Assembly: GCF_009914755.1 (NCBI RefSeq)
Contig: NC_060938.1
Direction: 5' to 3' (one strand)
From: the human T2T-CHM13v2.0 reference genome, Homo sapiens
Length of the DNA: 64,000 nt
A program made the position numbers and the translations under genes. Positions 1 through 14,469 of the stretch are shown here, piece by piece. Position 1 is the first letter of the stretch; the number at the start of each line of letters is the position of its first letter. Below the pieces are notes generated by a model. It searched no databases. It saw only the letters and a program-made list of their open reading frames with translations, and was not told the DNA's origin.

Positions 1-439
<439 letters not shown>

Positions 440-489
440 TTATTAATATTAAATTTTGTTTAAGTATACTTTAACGGTACACACTTATT

Positions 490-700
490 GTATGTCAGAT
501 ACTCTTCTACGTGTTCAAAAATATAACCTTACTCATCTTTATACCCACTGTGCGGTGGCTATTGTAATCTGCATACTACAGATGAAGTAACTCAGAGAAA
601 TTAAACTACTTTCCCAAAGTCATACCACTGAGATGTGGCAGACACTGGAAGTAAAATATCGGTTCTAATTTCCAAGCTTATGATCCTAACCACTATTCTG
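490..700 (-). mobile_element. MIR SINE
   Basis: core acagatgaagtaactcagaga...ttcccaaagtcatac and terminal cctaaccactat. Confidence 0.75.
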
Positions 701-1114
701 TCTTGTGTATCTTAGGCTTTTACAACTGTCATCATTTCTCTCTCTTTCACACACATGAGACACTGAGTTACCACTCAACAACTCTAATCACACAATCGAT
801 AATAGAATATAATAAAATTTCCATTACTTTCATTTATAGCGTTCAAGTCTTACAAAACCCACAAGTTCAGATATGCTTTGAAGTTTTTGCAGTTGTACGA
901 AAGCTACATTAAATACATATTAGACCCATGCGTTACAGAATAGCGTAAGATTTGTAAGAAATAATTTTGTCGAATACTAATTAACTCTAGGTAGTTTTTA
1001 ATGCCTGTAATGTATAAAAACAAAGTACAACCATAGTAACGCTAATAATTTTTAGTGGTGATTTTTATTCCAGCTCTTTTAAGTTAGAGATCAAATTATG
1101 TGCTGAGTGAAATT

Positions 1115-1260
1115 TTAAAAATCATCTAGTCTATGTTACTGATAAGGAAACTATAGCTCGGAGATATTATGTGACCTCTCCAAAGACACACAGCCAATTG
1201 GCAGCGGAGTTGGAATAATCTCAACATCCCTGAATGCCAGATCAGTTTCTCTTCACTATT
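1115..1260 (-). mobile_element. MIR fragment
   Basis: gataaggaaactatagctcggaga...gtgacctctccaaagacacacagc resembles the MIR core. Confidence 0.6.
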
Positions 1261-1796
1261 TATATGCACAGTTATACAGCTTCTCTGCATGGTTTATATG
1301 AATTAACTTACTAATAATATTTTAAATAACAACTGTTAGTAAAAACAGGCACAATCCAAGTCTCTAAATATGTATAACATTTTATTAAAGGGTCAGATAA
1401 TCCAGGGGCATTATTATAAGGCTGACTTTATATGCAGTTAATGGAAAGGTTGTATTACTCTATAGTGTCTCTTTCTCCCTCTACATATATATAGTTAGAT
1501 GTATAAGATATATCATATATATGAGAGAGACATATATATAAAGAGAGAGAGAGAGAGAGAGACAGAGTTAAAGTGATGATCCTGCAAGTAAGTTTGCATT
1601 ACTTATTTAGTTGTACTCCTAAAATCAGCACATACATTTATACATTTCATGGTGTATATTCAGATGTTTTATTACTAAAATTAATTTCAGTAGCTTTCTT
1701 AACATTAATCTGTAATAAAGTTTTAAAGTCGTGGTTAACAATGAGAAAACACATTTACTTTCAAATACAGTTTGATAAATGTAATTTTAGAAAACG

Positions 1797-1915
1797 CTGA
1801 GGTGATGAATGTGTTCATTGACTTGATTGTGGTAATTATTTCACAATGTATATATACGTCAAACCATCACATTGTACATTGTGAATATATGCAGTTTTAT
1901 AAATTCTACCACAAG
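1797..1915 (+). mobile_element. L1M 3' end fragment
   Basis: ctgaggtgatgaatgtgttcattgacttgattgtggtaattatttcacaatg...catcacattgtac is typical of an L1MA/MB 3' terminus. Confidence 0.7.
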
Positions 1916-2888
1916 AAAACTGGTGAAAGGAACACATACATGCTCAGACACATTACACTGTTTTGCTTGGCCATAAATAGGGTGTATACAAATTTGCTTC
2001 CAACATCATATGTAATTACCTTTCCATGTTAGATTCCTAGTAGATACTCAGATATTTCAGATAAAATATCAAGAAAAATCACTGATGCTGCCTTGCAAAC
2101 ACCTATCATCAGATATTTGTTCCCTATGTATTCAAGGTTAGAACATTTTAAAATGTAAATAAATTATACATAAACGTAGACATGATGATTAGCCACTTAC
2201 TGTAACTATAAGAGACAAAGAACTAACATTTCTATAACATTTCATACCAAGTTATTCCTATACACATTTTCTTCAAGAATTTTAAGTTATATAGGCAGAT
2301 GTCATTTATTTTCCCCATATTTTTGAATAAATATAAAAGAATTGTCATTCATAAAGCATCATGATTACTGGTGATTAACTGGATAAATTAAAAATAACTT
2401 ATGTGTGTCAATTTTTTAAACTATAGAACAGGGATACAAATGTTCACTTTTCCTACTTCCAAGTGTTTCTACAAATACCAAGATAAGGCAGGAGATAACT
2501 AATTGCATACTATAAAGAGTTTTTCTTCCTTATCTCCTTTCCCATATATACAGCATGAGGTAATTACTAAAGTTCTTTCTGTAATAAAAAATTGTATTGC
2601 ATAAGTGTAAGATAATTATTGACTGCTTATGCGTAGGTTTTCAACCTGGTTTAGAATTTCTCTAGGTTATAATTTATGTGGTGTTAATATTTTTGTCTCT
2701 CTCAACATTCATCCTGTAGGATTAAAAAAAAATCTGCTTCTGTTTTTCCAACTTGGATTTACTCAAGTTTAAGTGTGACATACTTTATTCTTCTTCTTGC
2801 TTATCTTTAAGAGGAATCAAGAGACTTGTTGGATCTATCAGTGTTTTCAGGGAAGACATAACTAAATAACAACAGAACATATATTTTT

Positions 2889-2889
<1 letters not shown>

Positions 2890-2929
<40 letters not shown>
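2890..2929. repeat. (CA)n microsatellite
   Basis: read directly. Confidence 0.97.
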
Positions 2930-2932
<3 letters not shown>

Positions 2933-4345
2933 TTTTACACTGTTCAGATAAACAACTTCTCTTCTGTAAAGCCTAGGAAGTCTTAGCCCAAAAGCAGAAT
3001 GTTAAACAATATATACTGATGTTAAAGAAATAATGGATACTTCACCTTATACATATTCCTAGTAAACCAAGATTTTATAGTTGTAGTAATTGAAGCACTT
3101 TTAAAATCACAATTTCATTAGATTATAACCCAGCTAAAATATCATTTACAAAGGTTTGGGTCATCATTTTTACTACAAATGATTTTAATCAAAAGAAAAT
3201 GCTTAGAGGAATGGAACTGACCAGTATTTTTTATAATGCAACAGCTCCCCCATCTTACAGACAAAAGAATATAAACTAGAATTCTTTTTTGATATATAAT
3301 ATTAACAAGGCCTATATCATATAAAGTTAATTAAATTGTATTTTCTTAAGTTCTGTTGGACTTGATATATTTTCTTTTCTCCTGTAAAAAGACAAATCTT
3401 ATCATGGATATATATTCCAGAAGTATCTGTTATATCTACATAATCTTCTGAGAAGGTAAGAATTCATACAGAACACTGAAAATGATAGCACAGTCGCTAA
3501 GATATTTAAAATTCATGTTGTAAGGATGAATAAATGCAGTATCCTGGATATTCTAAGTTTTTTTTAGCATGTTCTGAGAAAATACTTTTTCCACTTATCT
3601 CTTTGTGTGCTTTAAACTGATGTGTTTCTATTTGCAGTCTTTTTAAACATTTTCTTATATTTTGGTCATTTAATAAAGTATTTAGAGATTTCTCTTCAAA
3701 ATTAGTTTGACTCGATATTTGAGCAAATATTTATTCTCCATTTTTAGTCTTGCAAAAAGCTAAAGAAAATGCTTAAGCAATTTACCTCAGATCTCCTTTA
3801 TAATGATTACATAAATAATCCAATTAAAAATCCTAAAAGTTATTTACTTAAGACAACTCAGGTGAAAGGATTATTTTTTGACATTCTAGAAATTGTATCT
3901 GCATATTTATAAACTAATATTTCTGAGATGACTTTTCCATAATATACAAATTAAAATTCTCACTCTTAAAAGTTCCATTGGGCTCTATATACTACAGAGT
4001 TTTTCTGTATTTCATTAGTATAAAACAAACACAAATGATATGAGAGCCAGGAAAAAAATGCCTACCACATATAATAGTATAATGAATAAATTAAGAGAGA
4101 ATTACAGATTTTTTTAAATTTTACTATGTAGGTATTTAGCCTACTGAAAGTAAAGCAAATTTTTTTGAAAATTCATATTTTAACATTAAGTCCACATTAA
4201 CATGATTCCATTTCGGAAAAACCCCCACCTTACCCCGACACCATCTCCACCAAGATTTCTTGAGAGCATTTGGCAGAGAATATATTGGTCAAAGTTCTTG
4301 AATATTTAATAGATACATATGAGGACACTTTTAGAATGCCGTAGC

Positions 4346-4428
4346 CAGTGGTATACTGGGACCAGCGTGTTGGCTAGCTGAAACCAGTTATGCACATTTC
4401 TTCCCAAATCTGTATTCACTGATGTGAT
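4346..4428. mobile_element. hAT DNA transposon end fragment (MER63-like)
   Basis: cagtggtatactgg terminus followed by tgcacatttcttcccaa...ttcactgatgt, matching my recall of the MER63 end. Confidence 0.5.
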
Positions 4429-4430
4429 TT

Positions 4431-5577
4431 TCACCAAATCCATGCCAACATCTATTGTTTTCTGACTTTTTAATTGTGGACATTCTTGCGGGAGTAAGGT
4501 GGAATCTCACTGTGGTTTTAATTTGCATTTCCCTGGTGACTAGCGATGCTGTATTTTTTTTTATGTTTATTGGCTGTTTGTATATCTTCTTTTGACAATT
4601 GTCTATTCATGTCCTTTGCACACTTTTTAATGGGATATTTGAATTCATTTATTTGTTTGAGTTCCTTGTAAATTCTGGATACTAGTCCTTTGTCAGATGC
4701 ATAGTTGGTGAATATTTTCTTCCATTCTGTGGGTTTTCTGTTTATTCTTCTGATTATTTATTTGGTGTGCAAAATCTTTTCAGTTTAATTGAGTCCCATT
4801 TATTTATTTTTGTTTTTGTTGCATTTTCTTTTGGTGTCTTAGTCATGAATTCTTTGCGTAAGCCAACATTTAGAAGAGTTTTTCTGGTGTTATCTTCTAG
4901 AATTTTCAAGGTTTCAGGTTTTATATTTAAGTCTTTGATGCATCTTGAGTCGATTTTTGTATTAGGTGAGAGCTGGGGATCCAGTTTCATTCTTCTACAT
5001 GTGGCTTACCACTTTTTCCAGCACAATTTACTGAATACAGTATCCTTTCCCCAATATATGTTTCTTTGCTGCAAAAGAAAAGATACTTAGACATATACTT
5101 AACCAAGGGTGTGAAAGATCTCTACAAGAAAAATTACCAAAAAAAAAACAAACAAAAAAAAACTGCTGAAAGATATCACAGATAATACAAACAAATGGAA
5201 ACACATCCCAAGATCATGGATGGAAAGAACTGATATTGTGAAAATGACCATACTGTCCAAAGCAATCTACAGATTCAATGCAATTCTGAACAGAATACCA
5301 TCATCTTTCTTCACAGAACCAAAAAATAAAAAACCAAAAACCTCCTAAAATTCATATGGAACAAAAAATGAGCATGAATAGCCAAAGCAATACTAAGCAA
5401 AAAGAACAAATTTAGAGGCATCACATTACCAATTGTGCTACAAGGCCATAGTAACCAAAACAGCATGGTACTGGTATAAAAATAGGAAAGTAAACCAATG
5501 GAACATAATAGAGAACCCAGAAATAAAGCCAAATACTTACAACCAACTGATCTTCGACAAAGCATACAAAAATATAA
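4431..5577 (-). mobile_element. 5'-inverted (twin-primed) L1PB/L1MA-type ORF2 insertion: 4431-~5068 on minus, ~5069-5577 on plus
   Basis: ORF2-like peptides on opposite strands (4754..4990 minus; 5433..5615 plus, [16 protein letters not shown]); the two parts are adjacent in L1 coordinates. Confidence 0.9.
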
Positions 5578-5706
5578 GATGTGCTTTACAATTCAAAAAA
5601 ATGAAAATTGTTTAATATTTAAATGAAAGTAATATAAATTTGGAATATCTGTTTTTCATCAGTTGGTCCTTTTACTATTTATTGTAGGTAAGTTCTAGCC
5701 TTAAAA

Positions 5707-5859
5707 ATAGTGGTTCTCAAAATATAAGAAGCACAGAATCACCTGGAAGGCTTGTTAAAACAGATTCCTGAGTTTCTAGTCCAGTAGATCTTGGGTAGAC
5801 CTGAGAATCTGCACTTCTAAAAATATGGCATTCTAAGGACCACACTTTGTGAACTGCTG
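5707..5859 (+). mobile_element. MER5A (hAT-Charlie)
   Basis: tagtggttctcaaa...agaatcacctggaaggcttgttaaaacagatt...ggaccacactttgtgaactgctg with inverted termini. Confidence 0.85.
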
Positions 5860-6687
5860 CTCTAAAAGTGCAAGTGTTCTAAGTATTGATTTTATCAATG
5901 GTAACCACACCGACACTGACAAATCACCCAAATCTTTGACACATGAATGCTAGTTAGTAAACCTCAGTACTTTTAAGAAGTATAATTGAAATCTTATTGA
6001 GGTTATTATCCTCAACTAGTTGACCCGCATAATGGAAAACACGAAGAGCTCAGATTGTATTAAAAATAATTTGGATATCTTCTGATATTCAGCAAGTCAA
6101 ACAACTATTCTGAAGTTGCTATTTCCTATATTATAAAATAATACTCACATAATGTTAATATTTATCCATAAAGTATTTGTCCTTGGAATCAAAGTGTTTG
6201 TACTGTTAGAAGAAAGACCTATACCTATCCAAAGTCTACTAAAAATTCTGATAATTGGTGAGGGGAAACCACAGTGTGCTTGAACTGTTTTGTTTTATTT
6301 TGTTAGTTTCTAAATTGAATTTTTATTGTGTTTTATCATTTATTTAGTTTTCAAAAATAGTTGTCAACCACTCATTTGCTTACAGATTTTTCTTACGTGG
6401 CTTGTTATAATAATACATCTATCACAGGACCTTTGTTTCTCAAAATTAAGACATTTAAAAATTTCACCACATTCCATCATCCTAAATTTAATTTAAAATA
6501 TCAGTAAGAAAAGTCATACAAAAATAAATGGAAATATTTATGAAAGAGCTTGGACAAGACAATATGTAGCAGCTTCTGTTATTCTTTTAGAAAGAAGTGT
6601 TCCTTCTTCTGCTTAGAGTTAATCTCTACTAGATAGGATACCCTACAAACTCCTTAGGTATCTTGCTTCAGCAATTTATTTACTTTT

Positions 6688-6993
6688 GTCTTACTTCCTT
6701 TGTGTTACCATAAGAAAATACCATAAACTGAGTGGCTCATAAACGACGTACTACTATTGATTTCTCACAGTTCTTGAGGCTGGGAAGCCCAAGATCAAGG
6801 TCCTAGCAGACGCATTGTTTGGTGAAGGTTGTTTTTTTCATAGATAGAGACCTGATTGTGTTCTCATATGACAGAAAGGACAAAGAAATTTTTTTCGTAT
6901 TTGAGGCCTCTTTTATAAGGACACAAGTCCCATTCATGAGGACTCTGCCCTCATAACCTAATCACCTCCCAAAGGCCTTAGCTTTTAATATCA
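6688..6993 (-). mobile_element. MaLR LTR (MLT1A-like)
   Basis: ttctcacagttcttgaggctgggaagcccaagatcaagg...cccattcatgagg...taatcacctcccaaaggcc. Confidence 0.85.
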
Positions 6994-6995
6994 TG

Positions 6996-7298
6996 GACTA
7001 TGAATTGGATGTGATTTGTCTGCACCAAAACTAATGCTGAAATTTAATTGCCAAAGAAACAATATTGGAAGATGGGACCTAGTGGGAGCTGTTTGGGTCA
7101 GGGCAGTGAATCCCTCATGAATAGATTAATACTATCACATGGGAGTCATATTTTATTCTTGAGAAACTAGATTAGTTACTTTGAGAGGAGGTTGTTATAA
7201 ATCAAGGTTCCTCTTCATGTTTGGTCTGTTTATACACATCCACTAACCTTTCCACTTTTGCACCTTGTCTTGATGCTGCACATTGCCCTTACAGAAGC
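6996..7298 (+). mobile_element. MaLR LTR (MSTC/MSTD-like), partial
   Basis: gctgaaatttaattgcc...tagtgggagctgtttgggtca...tccctcatgaatagattaat. Confidence 0.75.
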
Positions 7299-7353
7299 AA
7301 ATATAACAATTTTTTTGTTATAAACAAAATATAAGCAAAAATAACAGAAGCAG

Positions 7354-7406
7354 CTATATATAATTATATATTTATATATATATATAATTATATATTTATA
7401 TATATA
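7354..7406. repeat. (TA)n-rich low-complexity tract
   Basis: read directly. Confidence 0.95.
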
Positions 7407-7529
7407 TATATATATATATAATTATAAACTTTAAAATCCAATATTTCCCCCTCAATTCATAGTCATACCCTTTTATTTGCTGCTGAAACTACTTTGATTT
7501 TCCTTTAGGAAGTCTTTTTTTTTTTTCAT

Positions 7530-7698
7530 TCATCCTTAGCCATACCTCCATCTTCCATATTGCTGCAGGATTATTCCTTCTAAAATAGAAACCTATATTT
7601 ATTATTCTGCATGAAACCATTTACTAGCTCCCTGCTGATTATCAGATGAGGTAAAACTCCTTGGTAAAGTATGCAAATCACTCTACGTCTAGAACCAG
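7530..7698 (+). mobile_element. L2 fragment (resumes at ~10185-10560 after the L1 insertion)
   Basis: ttccttctaaaat...gctccctgctg...aaaactccttgg; the downstream part has aaccttccctgatc. Confidence 0.6.
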
Positions 7699-10180
7699 GC
7701 CTCAAAATGATAAGAACCATAAATAAATAAAAACCCACAGCCAATATCATATGACAATAAATGGGCAAAAGCTTGAAGCATTCTTCTTGAAAACTGGAAC
7801 AAGACAAGAATGCCCTCTCTCACCATCCCTATTCAACATAGTATTGAGGAAATACCACATTTTCTTTATCCAGCCTATCAGCTAAATAATAAGAACATAT
7901 GGACACACAGAGGGGAACAACACACACTAGGGCCTTTTGGAGGGTAGAAAGTGGGAGGAGGATCAGTATCAGAGGATCAGGAAAAATAACTAAGGAGTAC
8001 CAAGCTTAATACTTGGGTGATGAAATAATCTGTACAACAAACCCCCATGACAAGTTTACCTATGTAACAAACCTGCACATGTCCCCTGAACTTAAAATAA
8101 ATGTTAAAAAGTAAAACAAAACAAAACAAAACAAAAAAACCAACATAGTTTTGGAATTCCTGACCAGGGCAATCAGGCAAAAGAAAGAAATAAAGGGCAT
8201 CCAAATAGGAAATCAAACTATCTCTTTTTGCAGACGCCATGATCCTATATCTACAAAACCCCATAGCCTCAGCCCAATAGCTTCTTAAGCTGATAAACAA
8301 TCTCGACAAAGTCTCAAGATACAAAATCAATAAGCAAAAATCACTAGCATTCCTATACACCAACAGTAAAGCTGAGAGCCAAATCAGGAGCGTACTCCCA
8401 TTCACAATTGCTACAAAAAGAATAAAACACCTAGGAATATAGCTAACTAGGGAAGGTGAAAGACCTCTACAAGGAGAACTACAAAACACTGCTCAGAGCA
8501 ATCAGAGATGACACAAACAAATGGAAAAACACTTCATGCTATTGAGTAGGAAGAATCAATATTGTTAAAAGAAATGTATAGATTCAGTGCTGTTCCTATT
8601 AAACTACCATTGGGATTTTTCAAAGAACTAGAAAATATTATTTTAAAATTCATATGGAATCAAAAAAGAGCCTGAATAGCCAAGGCAGTTCTAAGCAAAA
8701 ATAACAAGCTGGAGACATCATGCTACTCAACTTCAAGCTGTAGTCCAAGGCTACAGTAAACAAAATACCATGGTACTGGTACAGAAGGACACATAGACCA
8801 ATGGAACAGAATGGAGACCCCAAAAATAAGGCTGCATGCTACAACTATCTGATCTTCAACAAACCTGACAAAAACAAGCAATGAGGAAAGGATTCCCTAT
8901 TAGATAAACAGTGCTGGGATAACTGGCTAGCCATATGCAGAAGATTGAAACTGAACTCCTTCCTTATACTGTATGCAAAAATTAACTCAAGAGGGATTAC
9001 TTAACCGTAAAACCCAAAACTATAAAAACCCTGGAAGACAAGCTAAGCAATACTATTCAGGACATAGGCATGTGCAAAGACTTTATGATGAAGATGCCAA
9101 CAGCAATTGCAATAGAAGTAAAAATTGACAAATGGGATCTTATTAAATTACAGAGCTTCTGCACAGTACAAAGAAACTATCAACAGAGTAAACAGACAAC
9201 CTACAGAATGGGAGAAAATTTTTGCAAACTATGCATCTGACAAAGGTCTAATATTCAGCATCTTTAAGGAACTTAAACAAATTTACAAGAAAAAAATAAG
9301 GAATCTCATCAGAACATGAGCAAAGGACATGAACAGACACTTTTCAAGAGAAGATATACATGTGGCCCACAATCATATGATTAAAAAGCCCAATATTATT
9401 CATCATTGGAGAAATACAAATCAAAACCACAATGATACCATCTCACATCAGTCAGAATGGTTATTATTAAAGAGTCCAAAAAGAAAAAAGAAAAAGATGC
9501 TGTTGATGTTGTGGAAGAAAAGGAATGCTTACACACTACTGGTGGGAGTGTAAATTAGTACATTGTGGAAGACAGTGCAGCAATTCCTCAAAGACCTAAA
9601 GACAGAAATATCATTTGATCCAGCAATCCCATTATTGGGTATATACCCAAAGGAATATAAATCATTCTGTTATGAAGACACATGCATGTGTATGTTTATT
9701 GCAGCACTATTCACAATAACAAAGGCATGGAATCAACCTAAATGTCCACCAACAGTAGATTGGATGAAGAAAATGTGGTACATATATAGTATGGAATGGT
9801 ACATAGCCATAAAAAAATGAGATCATGTCTTTTGCTGGGACATGGATGGAGCTGGAGGCCATTATCCTTAGTAAACTAATGCAAGAACAGAAAACCAAAT
9901 ACTGCATGTTCTCATTTATAAGTGGGAGCTAAATGATGAGAACACATGGACACATAAAGGGGAACTACACACACCTGGGCCCATCAGAGAGAGGAGGGTA
10001 GGAGGAGGGAGAAGTTCAGGAAAAATAACTAAAGGGTAGTAGGCTTAATGCCTGGGTGATGAAATAGTCTGTAAAACAAACCCCCATGACATAAGTTTAC
10101 CTATGTAACACACCTGCACATGCATCCCAGAACTTAAAATCAAAGTTAAAAAAGAAAAAACAAACAAACAAAAACACAAC
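7699..10180 (+). mobile_element. 5'-truncated L1PA (older, L1PA13-16-like 3' UTR), degenerate ORF2
   Basis: continuous ORF2 similarity ([34 protein letters not shown]), 3' UTR and A-rich tail. Confidence 0.95.
7847..8140 (+). mobile_element. Nested short L1PA 3' insertion with inverted 5' tip
   Basis: TSD caacatagt(a/t)ttg at 7834-7846 and 8141-8153; 3' UTR plus (AAAAC)n tail. Confidence 0.9.
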
Positions 10181-12448
10181 AGAGCCTAACCTCACATTAT
10201 CCTGTGTGCCTACTGCCTTGTACCTTTCTATTTGGTTCATGTCATTCTTGCTGCCTAAAATACCCTTTTCTACCTCACTGTGTGGGTCATCCCTACTTAT
10301 ATTTTCAGACCCAACTGAAGTGTCCACTTTTGCAAACCTTCCCTGATCTGCCACATAGTTTATTACTTCCTTTTTTTGTAATACACAAACACACTCACAC
10401 ACTCACACTGACACACACATACCCATTTATTCTACTCTATCTCATTTACTTATGTCTTTCTTTTTTTCATTCCAGAATATGAGGTCATTGTTGATGGAAA
10501 AGAACACTTCATTATTTATCTAGCATTGATTTGCTTATTATGATCTGCCTATACTCAGAAAATTATAGGTTTAATGCAAGGTACAGCTAGGTTTCAGGAG
10601 CCTAATGAATATCCACTGGCCTATGTTTTAATCCATAATCCAATTCACTTCCTCTTCAAGACAGAATACAATTGAAAAATTATTATAATTCTTACTGCAC
10701 CTGATTTAATTGTGAAGAAACTCATAAATTCTGTCCTGTTTAGATTAATGATTCTCTTCACAGCACTTCAAATTGTGACACATATTACTATGTTTACTTA
10801 GAACTGTAATTTATCTTTTCCTACTCAAATTCCATAAGTATTTTTAAAACAAACTTCTTTTCTCTAAATGTGGGTGAATCTCTGTTCATCACAACAAGGA
10901 ATCTCATTAATATGCTTTGGAGAGCTAAGAGAAGGAGTCAGGATAGTCTAGTTGTGATTCATTCGTTTCTCTACTTCTCTCCAAGCTTACAGTCTTTGGG
11001 CATCAGTTTTGTTTTGTTTTGTTTTTGTTTTACTAAGCTTAAAAATAGCAGTTGAAATACCTGATCTAAAAATTCCTTTTTAACTTTAAATTTTTATTCT
11101 TGGGAAATTCAAGCATTTCCAAATATGAATAAATGGACTAATTTGTAATTATTACTGACCTGCATGCATTCATATTAATGTTTAAAGGCATATATTACTT
11201 TTTGTATAAGCATAAATAAAAAAATGCAATTAATCATGTATTTATTTATCTGACAGACCTGCAGCAGTTACTGGATGCTGTTAAAGTTTCCACTACAGAT
11301 GCAAGAAAAGTGTCCCACACTTTCTGTCTGTCTGATTGTGACAGCTAAGATTAAATCAGGTAGGACAGTAATTCCAGAAACATGGCTGGGAGGGAGATAA
11401 TGTTCATGACACAGAAATAATCTTGTAAACAGCAAATATTTTGTTTTATTCCAATAAAGTAATCTAAAATTTGAATTAAAAATATATTTATAAAGTACTT
11501 TTCATCTTCTTAGGCTGTAAATACCAACAAAACATTTTGATTATAGTAACATAAATATAAATCACAGGGGCTATATGTTAAATTAATAGTAAATGTGAAT
11601 TATGTCATTATAATTTTGACTAAATCAGAGATATAGTACAATTAAATGTCAGATTTGATAAAGTACTTATTCAGTTGGAGTTAAGCTTAATAGATTGTGT
11701 ATCAAGATTGTTTCATCATTAGTTCATGCTTATGAAGCCTGAAAAAGAACCACTACCAGAATCAGAACAGGGAATAATCAGTTGCCTTTTTATCATGATT
11801 GCTAAATTTAAAAGACTTCTGATTGTCTTGGATTGCAGTTTCTTAAAGTCAGGTATTTTGTTTCACTTATTTTACAGTTATTAGCTTAGGACAAATAAAA
11901 CAAAAACATATTTTAAAATATGATCTACCCCTATTGAACAATATGTTCCATGTAAATTTTATGTATATAAACATATGGCTCTAGTTAATATTAAAATCAA
12001 AGAGGAGAGATTTAGGCAGGTGTTTGATTATCACAAAACCAATGGTTAAAAAAAAAAGCCTGGCACACTATCTTATGCATTGCAACACTTAAGAGATGAA
12101 ATAATAAATAATAAATTTGAAAAGACAAAACATAAATTTAAGGATTCTTTGTACTGACTACATTTAAAAAAACTTACCACCTTATACAAATGTGATCTAC
12201 ATAGAATGTGAGACTCTGAATTTGCAGACTGGGTTATAGCTGAAACTACAGACACACTTCAGTACCTTGCGGATGATATTCACTCATTTTCTTTTCCAAA
12301 GTTCAACAACTTTGTTCAAATCTGTTTTTTTTTTTAATGGGTTGCACTCATCAATGTTGCCTTTCAATCTGAGCTTTCACTTCTTAGTGTATACCATGGC
12401 GTAGATGCATTGCACTAAGGCAAAATAAATAAATAAATAAAAATAAAA

Positions 12449-12939
<491 letters not shown>

Positions 12940-13125
12940 TCACATTTACATAAACTAGTGTAGCCATGGCCACTCTACACATATTGTTTTTCTTCTTTAC
13001 ATTTAAAGTTTCACTGTAAGTTTCAACTTACACTGTAGTGTTCTGTGCAACATTTTCCAGAAGCTTCTTTCCTAACTATTCAAAGAGGTACTCTTCTAAT
13101 TCTGCAATTCTAAGAAGAGTCATTC

Positions 13126-13362
13126 TGATGAAGGGCAGGCAAGCCCTGAAGTGGGGCTAAGCCAGCCAGGGTTCTTGGCTTTGCCCAGGAAAGAATTCAA
13201 GGGCAAGCCAGAGGGAGAAGAAAACAGCTTTATTGAGGAGGCAGTGTTACAGCTCCAGCGGTGCCACTGTTCCGTGACTGTTCCTGCAAGGCTATCCCAT
13301 ACTTAGAGACTAGAAGCTCAGGGCAGTGTAGCAATCACATTTATACACACTTTTAATAACAT
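13126..13362 (-). mobile_element. ERV1 LTR fragment (MER66-like)
   Basis: gggcaggcaagccc...gggttcttggctttgcccaggaaagaattcaagggc...ctttattga. Confidence 0.7.
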
Positions 13363-14469
13363 GTCGAGTAAGAATCCTCTTACCAAGGATAAATCAGAAG
13401 TTTTTAAATAACAAAAGCAAGAAAGAGAACCTAGTTGCATATTATAAAGACAACACAATAAGCAGAAATGAGTTGAGGTCGAGGAATCCATCTCATAGCT
13501 CACTGGCAATTTTCTAAATTTTTACTAAATTCAGTAGTACTACTGAATCCAATCAAAGTTTCCAAGATGAGGTCAGTAGAAAAAGAAACTGCCTTATTCT
13601 AGTTCACTGCCTCACATAAGGGTCTATTTCAAAATTAGTAAATTTTTTATTTTTTACATTATGAGCATTTTCACATTTTAGAAAAAGTTGATTTAAAACT
13701 GCATCTCACCATTTACCAAATTGAAAAATAAAACCTTAGTGTATTATAAAGATCCATCATATGTGCCTGGGGGTATGTGCATGTTTTTCACATTACTACT
13801 TGTCTTTTTAATAAATCATTCATTTACCCTCATCTTATTAAAAGTATAAAATAAACTTCTCTGTGGAATGTAAGACAATGTTTTTGAAAATAGAGTGTTT
13901 AGTTTTGAAAAAAGCTTTTCTACATAACATACAGAGAATTGTTTATGTATTACTGAATAACTATTAACTTAGAGTTTACCTTTATTCTTTGCTTTCTCCG
14001 TTTTGTTCCGTTCTAGATACGTTGAACTTTTTAATGTGAAGGAAAACTGGAGAGTGAAAATATATCTTAGTGAATGAAGTCTATATCAGGAGGTACCTAA
14101 TCCTAAAGCATACTGTTATGAAAATGAATGCATGAATAAATGTAATGCTAATATTTTTACACTTTTGGCTACATTATTTAGTATTAAAAAATAGTATTGA
14201 AAATATTCAACCAGAAAATGTAGCAAATCCTCAAATTTGTAAAATTATAAAAGGTAACGGTAATCAATGTTGGACGCACAAGTTTGAAAACAATATAGAA
14301 ACTACTACAATGCCATATAATTTTTCACAATGATTTCTCATGCAATTTTTTATTTCCTAAATTCTGTTGATAATAAAACTATTATAAAATATATAATAAG
14401 TTCCCATAATCGGTGTCATGTTAATTTTTCAACAATATATTTTTTGGTTTTAAAATGTTCTAATGTTAC

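Noticed and set aside
7977-9907. ORFs with reverse-transcriptase-element similarity
   Set aside because: Frameshifted fragments or antisense frames of dead L1 ORF2, not a functional CDS
11257-11359. Possible plus-strand exon (gacAG...CAG|GTAGGA)
   Set aside because: Weak polypyrimidine tract and no supporting partner exons
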